Part shown: positions 61,276-64,000 of the stretch, piece after piece | Position numbering within the stretch: position 1 is the stretch's first letter | Layout: each line of letters opens with the position of its first letter | Assembly (NCBI GenBank): GCA_963841735.1 | Contig: CAWJDT010000001.1 | Location: forward strand, 320,001-384,000 | DNA length: 64,000 nucleotides | DNA from: an uncultured Actinomycetes bacterium | GTDB lineage: Bacteria > Actinomycetota > Thermoleophilia > RBG-16-64-13 | Reading direction: 5' to 3' | Notes under the pieces: model-generated | Database searches by the model: none | The model's input: the letters and a program-made list of their open reading frames with translations, nothing else | Told to the model about the DNA's origin: nothing | Program-made: the position numbers and the translations under genes

Positions 61276-62313
61276 TCAGACCACCCAGTAGGCGAGCGTC
61301 ACGGCAAGCGCATTCATAAGCGCGTGAACGATCATTCCCGGCCATACCGAGTCGGACCTCTGATAGAGATAAGCAAAGAGCAGGCCCACCGCGAACCCAG
61401 GAAGGAAGAAGGTAAGCTCCAGGTGAGCAGCGGAGAACAGAGCAGCGCTTATGACCGCCGCCTTGCGCCAATCGTAGCGCGAGCGCAGGCCGGCAAAGAC
61501 GAAGCCGCGGAAGAACGTCTCCTCCACCACCGGGGCGATAATTACGATCGTGACGAACAGCGGCCAGGGAGTGGAGAGCCCCCGCAAAACGGGCGTCATG
61601 TCAGTCTGCACCCGCAGGCCGAACTCATAGAGCAGCCTGGCATAGAGACCATTGGCGAAGTAAAAGACCAGGAGCAGCCCGAGCCCTATCCCCACGACCG
61701 AGAATCCAAAGCGCACGAAGCCAAGCGTCCTCGAGGAGGCATGGTACTTGCGCACAGCGAACCACCATACGGGCACCAAGAAGAGCAGCTCGAGCACGGC
61801 CGGGACTATGGCGAGCCAGAGATTCACGTGCTTGAGCGAAAAGGCGCGAAGCATGTACGCGAGTGCAAACGTGACCCCGACTATCACCACGGCTACAAGC
61901 ACTCCCAACCAAACATCCCGAGTGCTCCAGGGTATCGCGGCCTGTTTGGCCTGTCCGCCTTGCGCGGTGAGTGTTCCGCCGGACTGCCGCTGAAGTCCCC
62001 GCCGCCCCTTGAGCACCTCGACCCAGTGCTTGACGCCCGGGGTCACATGGCTATGTGAGATCTGCCATTCGCCGAGAGCAATGAAGGCGTCCTGAATCTC
62101 GGGTCGGGCTCCCCGCCATCGTGCCACCCCGGCGCCGTCCACGATGGACCCATTTCCGCCCCACAGTTCCCCGGACATCAGAAAGGCTCCCACATACGTG
62201 TCCGGTTCTCCAAGCACATGATCGATACGCCTGGCCAGCGACGGGTCGTATCGCCGCAGAACATCGCTCAGAGCTGAAAGCTCAACCCGGGCGGCGGCTC
62301 CCGAGATACCCAT
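61276..62313 (-). CDS. CPBP (CAAX/Abi) intramembrane metalloprotease with an extra N-terminal soluble domain
   Basis: APVVEETFFRG, FSAAH, HALMN. Start uncertain (62313-62379). Confidence 0.8.
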   Translation of the reverse strand: MGISGAAARVELSALSDVLRRYDPSLARRIDHVLGEPDTYVGAFLMSGELWGGNGSIVDGAGVARWRGARPEIQDAFIALGEWQISHSHVTPGVKHWVEVLKGRRGLQRQSGGTLTAQGGQAKQAAIPWSTRDVWLGVLVAVVIVGVTFALAYMLRAFSLKHVNLWLAIVPAVLELLFLVPVWWFAVRKYHASSRTLGFVRFGFSVVGIGLGLLLVFYFANGLYARLLYEFGLRVQTDMTPVLRGLSTPWPLFVTIVIIAPVVEETFFRGFVFAGLRSRYDWRKAAVISAALFSAAHLELTFFLPGFAVGLLFAYLYQRSDSVWPGMIVHALMNALAVTLAYWVV

Positions 62314-62345
62314 TTCCACTGTCTCAGCCCCCCAATTCCGAACAG

Positions 62346-63833
62346 TCAGTTCGCCGGGACGGTCCGGCCCTTGGCCCACTCGCGCACCATGGCGATCTTC
62401 TCCCGGGCGGTGGAAACGATGGGCGAGGTCCGCTTCAGCTCCTCGAGCAGAAGGTCGCTCGTCAGCGACTCACCCGCGGAAAACGCAGAATACAGCGCGG
62501 AGACGACGATCTGCTCCAAATCTGCCCCGCTGTAGCCCTCACTCTCGCGCGCCAACAGCGCCAGGTCGAAGCAATCCGGGTCCTGCTTGCGCTTTCGCAG
62601 GTGGATGCGCAAAATGAGCGCCCGCGCCGTCTCGTCGGGCAGGTCGACGAAGAACGTCTCGTCGAAACGTCCCTTGCGCAACAGTTCGGCCGGCAGGCGC
62701 TGAACATCGTTGGCCGTTGCGACCACAAACACGTCGCCGCGACGCTCCTGCAGCCATGAGAGAAACGTGCCAAGGATGCGCTGGGAAGTGCCGCCGTCTT
62801 CTTCGCCCCCAACGGCGAAGGCCTTCTCGATCTCGTCGATCCACAGCACCAAAGGCGCGAGCCGGTCGGCGGAGCCGACGGCCTTACGGAAGTTCCGCTC
62901 CGACTCACCCATGTACTTGTTGTAGAGCGCTCCCGGATCGAGCCTCACCAGCGGGACCCCCCACGCCGCGGCCACCGCCTTGGCGCAGAGGCTCTTGCCA
63001 CAACCGGGCACACCCACCAGCAAGACGCCGCGAGGAAACTCAAGACCGAATTGCCTTGCCCTCTGCGGGTCGCTCATGAACGTCCGCCGCTTCTCGAGCC
63101 ACTCCTTGAGTCGCACCAGATCGGCGATCTCTTCCAGCGACTGGTCGGTAGAACAGTACTCCAGAAGGCCGTCGCGCTCGACCAGTTCACGCTTCCCCTT
63201 GATGATCTCCTTGAGATCGCTCACGTCAAGACGGCCGTCCTCGACAATCGCCCGGATCAGCAGTTTCTCGGCCTCGAGAAGGGTGAGCCCCTTCAGGTTG
63301 GCCAACAGACGGTCCTGATCCTGCGGCGTCAACACTACTTCGAGCTTCATCCGAGTGGAGATATCGCGGATCACACGCCCAAGCACTGCCTCGTACTCCT
63401 CGCGTGTGGGGACGGGGATTCGCACCAGTCCCACCAGGGTCCGCAGGCCGTCGGGAAGAACGACCTCAGCGCCGGTCAGCACGACGGCACCCGCGCGGCC
63501 TGAGTACCGCTGCGCCGCCTCACGCAGAAGATCGGCGACTTCCGGGTTTTCCAGGTCCGGGGCGAGGCCGTGGAAAAGGTAGAGGGCCGGAAAATCGGAG
63601 TTGATGACGTGGCCGAGTGCAGTGCGCGGATCCTGAGTTCCATAGATACCGTTGGCCACGCCCGCCCGCCTCAGCCCGAAGGCACGCCGCCAGACGAACA
63701 GCGAAAGCTGCATCCGCTCCGCGGCGCTCTCCACGAGCGCAGCTGCACGGTCGTCCTCAGCTGTATCGACAAGCAGGGCGCCGTAGCGGGAGCGGATCAG
63801 CAGTTCGAGATCGTGGAGTGGGTCACCGTTCAC
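62346..63833 (-). CDS. Ycf46-like AAA+ ATPase
   Basis: Degenerate N-terminal domain, GVPGCGKS, LWIDEIEK, ATAN, LRKGRFDE, WAKGR. Confidence 0.88.
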   Translation of the reverse strand: MNGDPLHDLELLIRSRYGALLVDTAEDDRAAALVESAAERMQLSLFVWRRAFGLRRAGVANGIYGTQDPRTALGHVINSDFPALYLFHGLAPDLENPEVADLLREAAQRYSGRAGAVVLTGAEVVLPDGLRTLVGLVRIPVPTREEYEAVLGRVIRDISTRMKLEVVLTPQDQDRLLANLKGLTLLEAEKLLIRAIVEDGRLDVSDLKEIIKGKRELVERDGLLEYCSTDQSLEEIADLVRLKEWLEKRRTFMSDPQRARQFGLEFPRGVLLVGVPGCGKSLCAKAVAAAWGVPLVRLDPGALYNKYMGESERNFRKAVGSADRLAPLVLWIDEIEKAFAVGGEEDGGTSQRILGTFLSWLQERRGDVFVVATANDVQRLPAELLRKGRFDETFFVDLPDETARALILRIHLRKRKQDPDCFDLALLARESEGYSGADLEQIVVSALYSAFSAGESLTSDLLLEELKRTSPIVSTAREKIAMVREWAKGRTVPAN

Positions 63834-64000
63834 AGTGCGTCAAGATACACGGTTAGAGCATTTCATGATGCCTATTCGTTGCCAAGCCAGCACCTTTGGA
63901 CAATCGAAGGGTCCCAGGTTCTTCCTTCAGGCTACGCTCGCGGCGAGCCAAGAGAGCGCGAAGGCTCTCCGCTTGCGTCGGTGTTGCTGGAATCTCGGTG

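Noticed and set aside
1-64000. CRISPR arrays, tRNA/rRNA, IS elements, integrases, prophage or defence genes
   Set aside because: I saw no regularly spaced repeats, RNA gene signatures, transposase or integrase motifs by eye. The CPBP 'Abi' name alone is not evidence of phage defence.

Overview
High-GC bacterial window, probably from an anaerobic Actinomycetota (Thermoleophilia-like) genome; the taxonomy is inferred from the Thr-rich lipoproteins and gene styles, not established. About 42 kb (6.8-48.4 kb) is a plant-glycoside and sugar catabolism region. It holds a GH3 plus beta-phosphoglucomutase pair, an MBL hydrolase, three tandem lipoprotein esterases, GH78, GH43, GH2, two CUT2 sugar ABC systems, araDA/araR/araB, a rhamnose route to lactate and pyruvate (rhaB-rhaI-aldA-lutC-lutB fusion, with rhaD), and xylB next to a non-canonical TIM-barrel isomerase. 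Next comes an ArsR-led Hyf/Ehr-like membrane complex whose large subunit keeps both CxxC motifs. Divergent from it is a coupled three-gene module: corrinoid protein, UroD/MT2-fold protein with altered Zn ligands, and a DUF1638-like/GAF-like/Cys-His-tail protein. That module is my best candidate for an undescribed system (B12-dependent sensing). Many genes at 1-17 kb and 48.5-55.6 kb are broken by single-base indels that look like long-read consensus errors. I found no rRNA, tRNA, CRISPR array or mobile element. All family calls come from motif recognition; no database searches were run.
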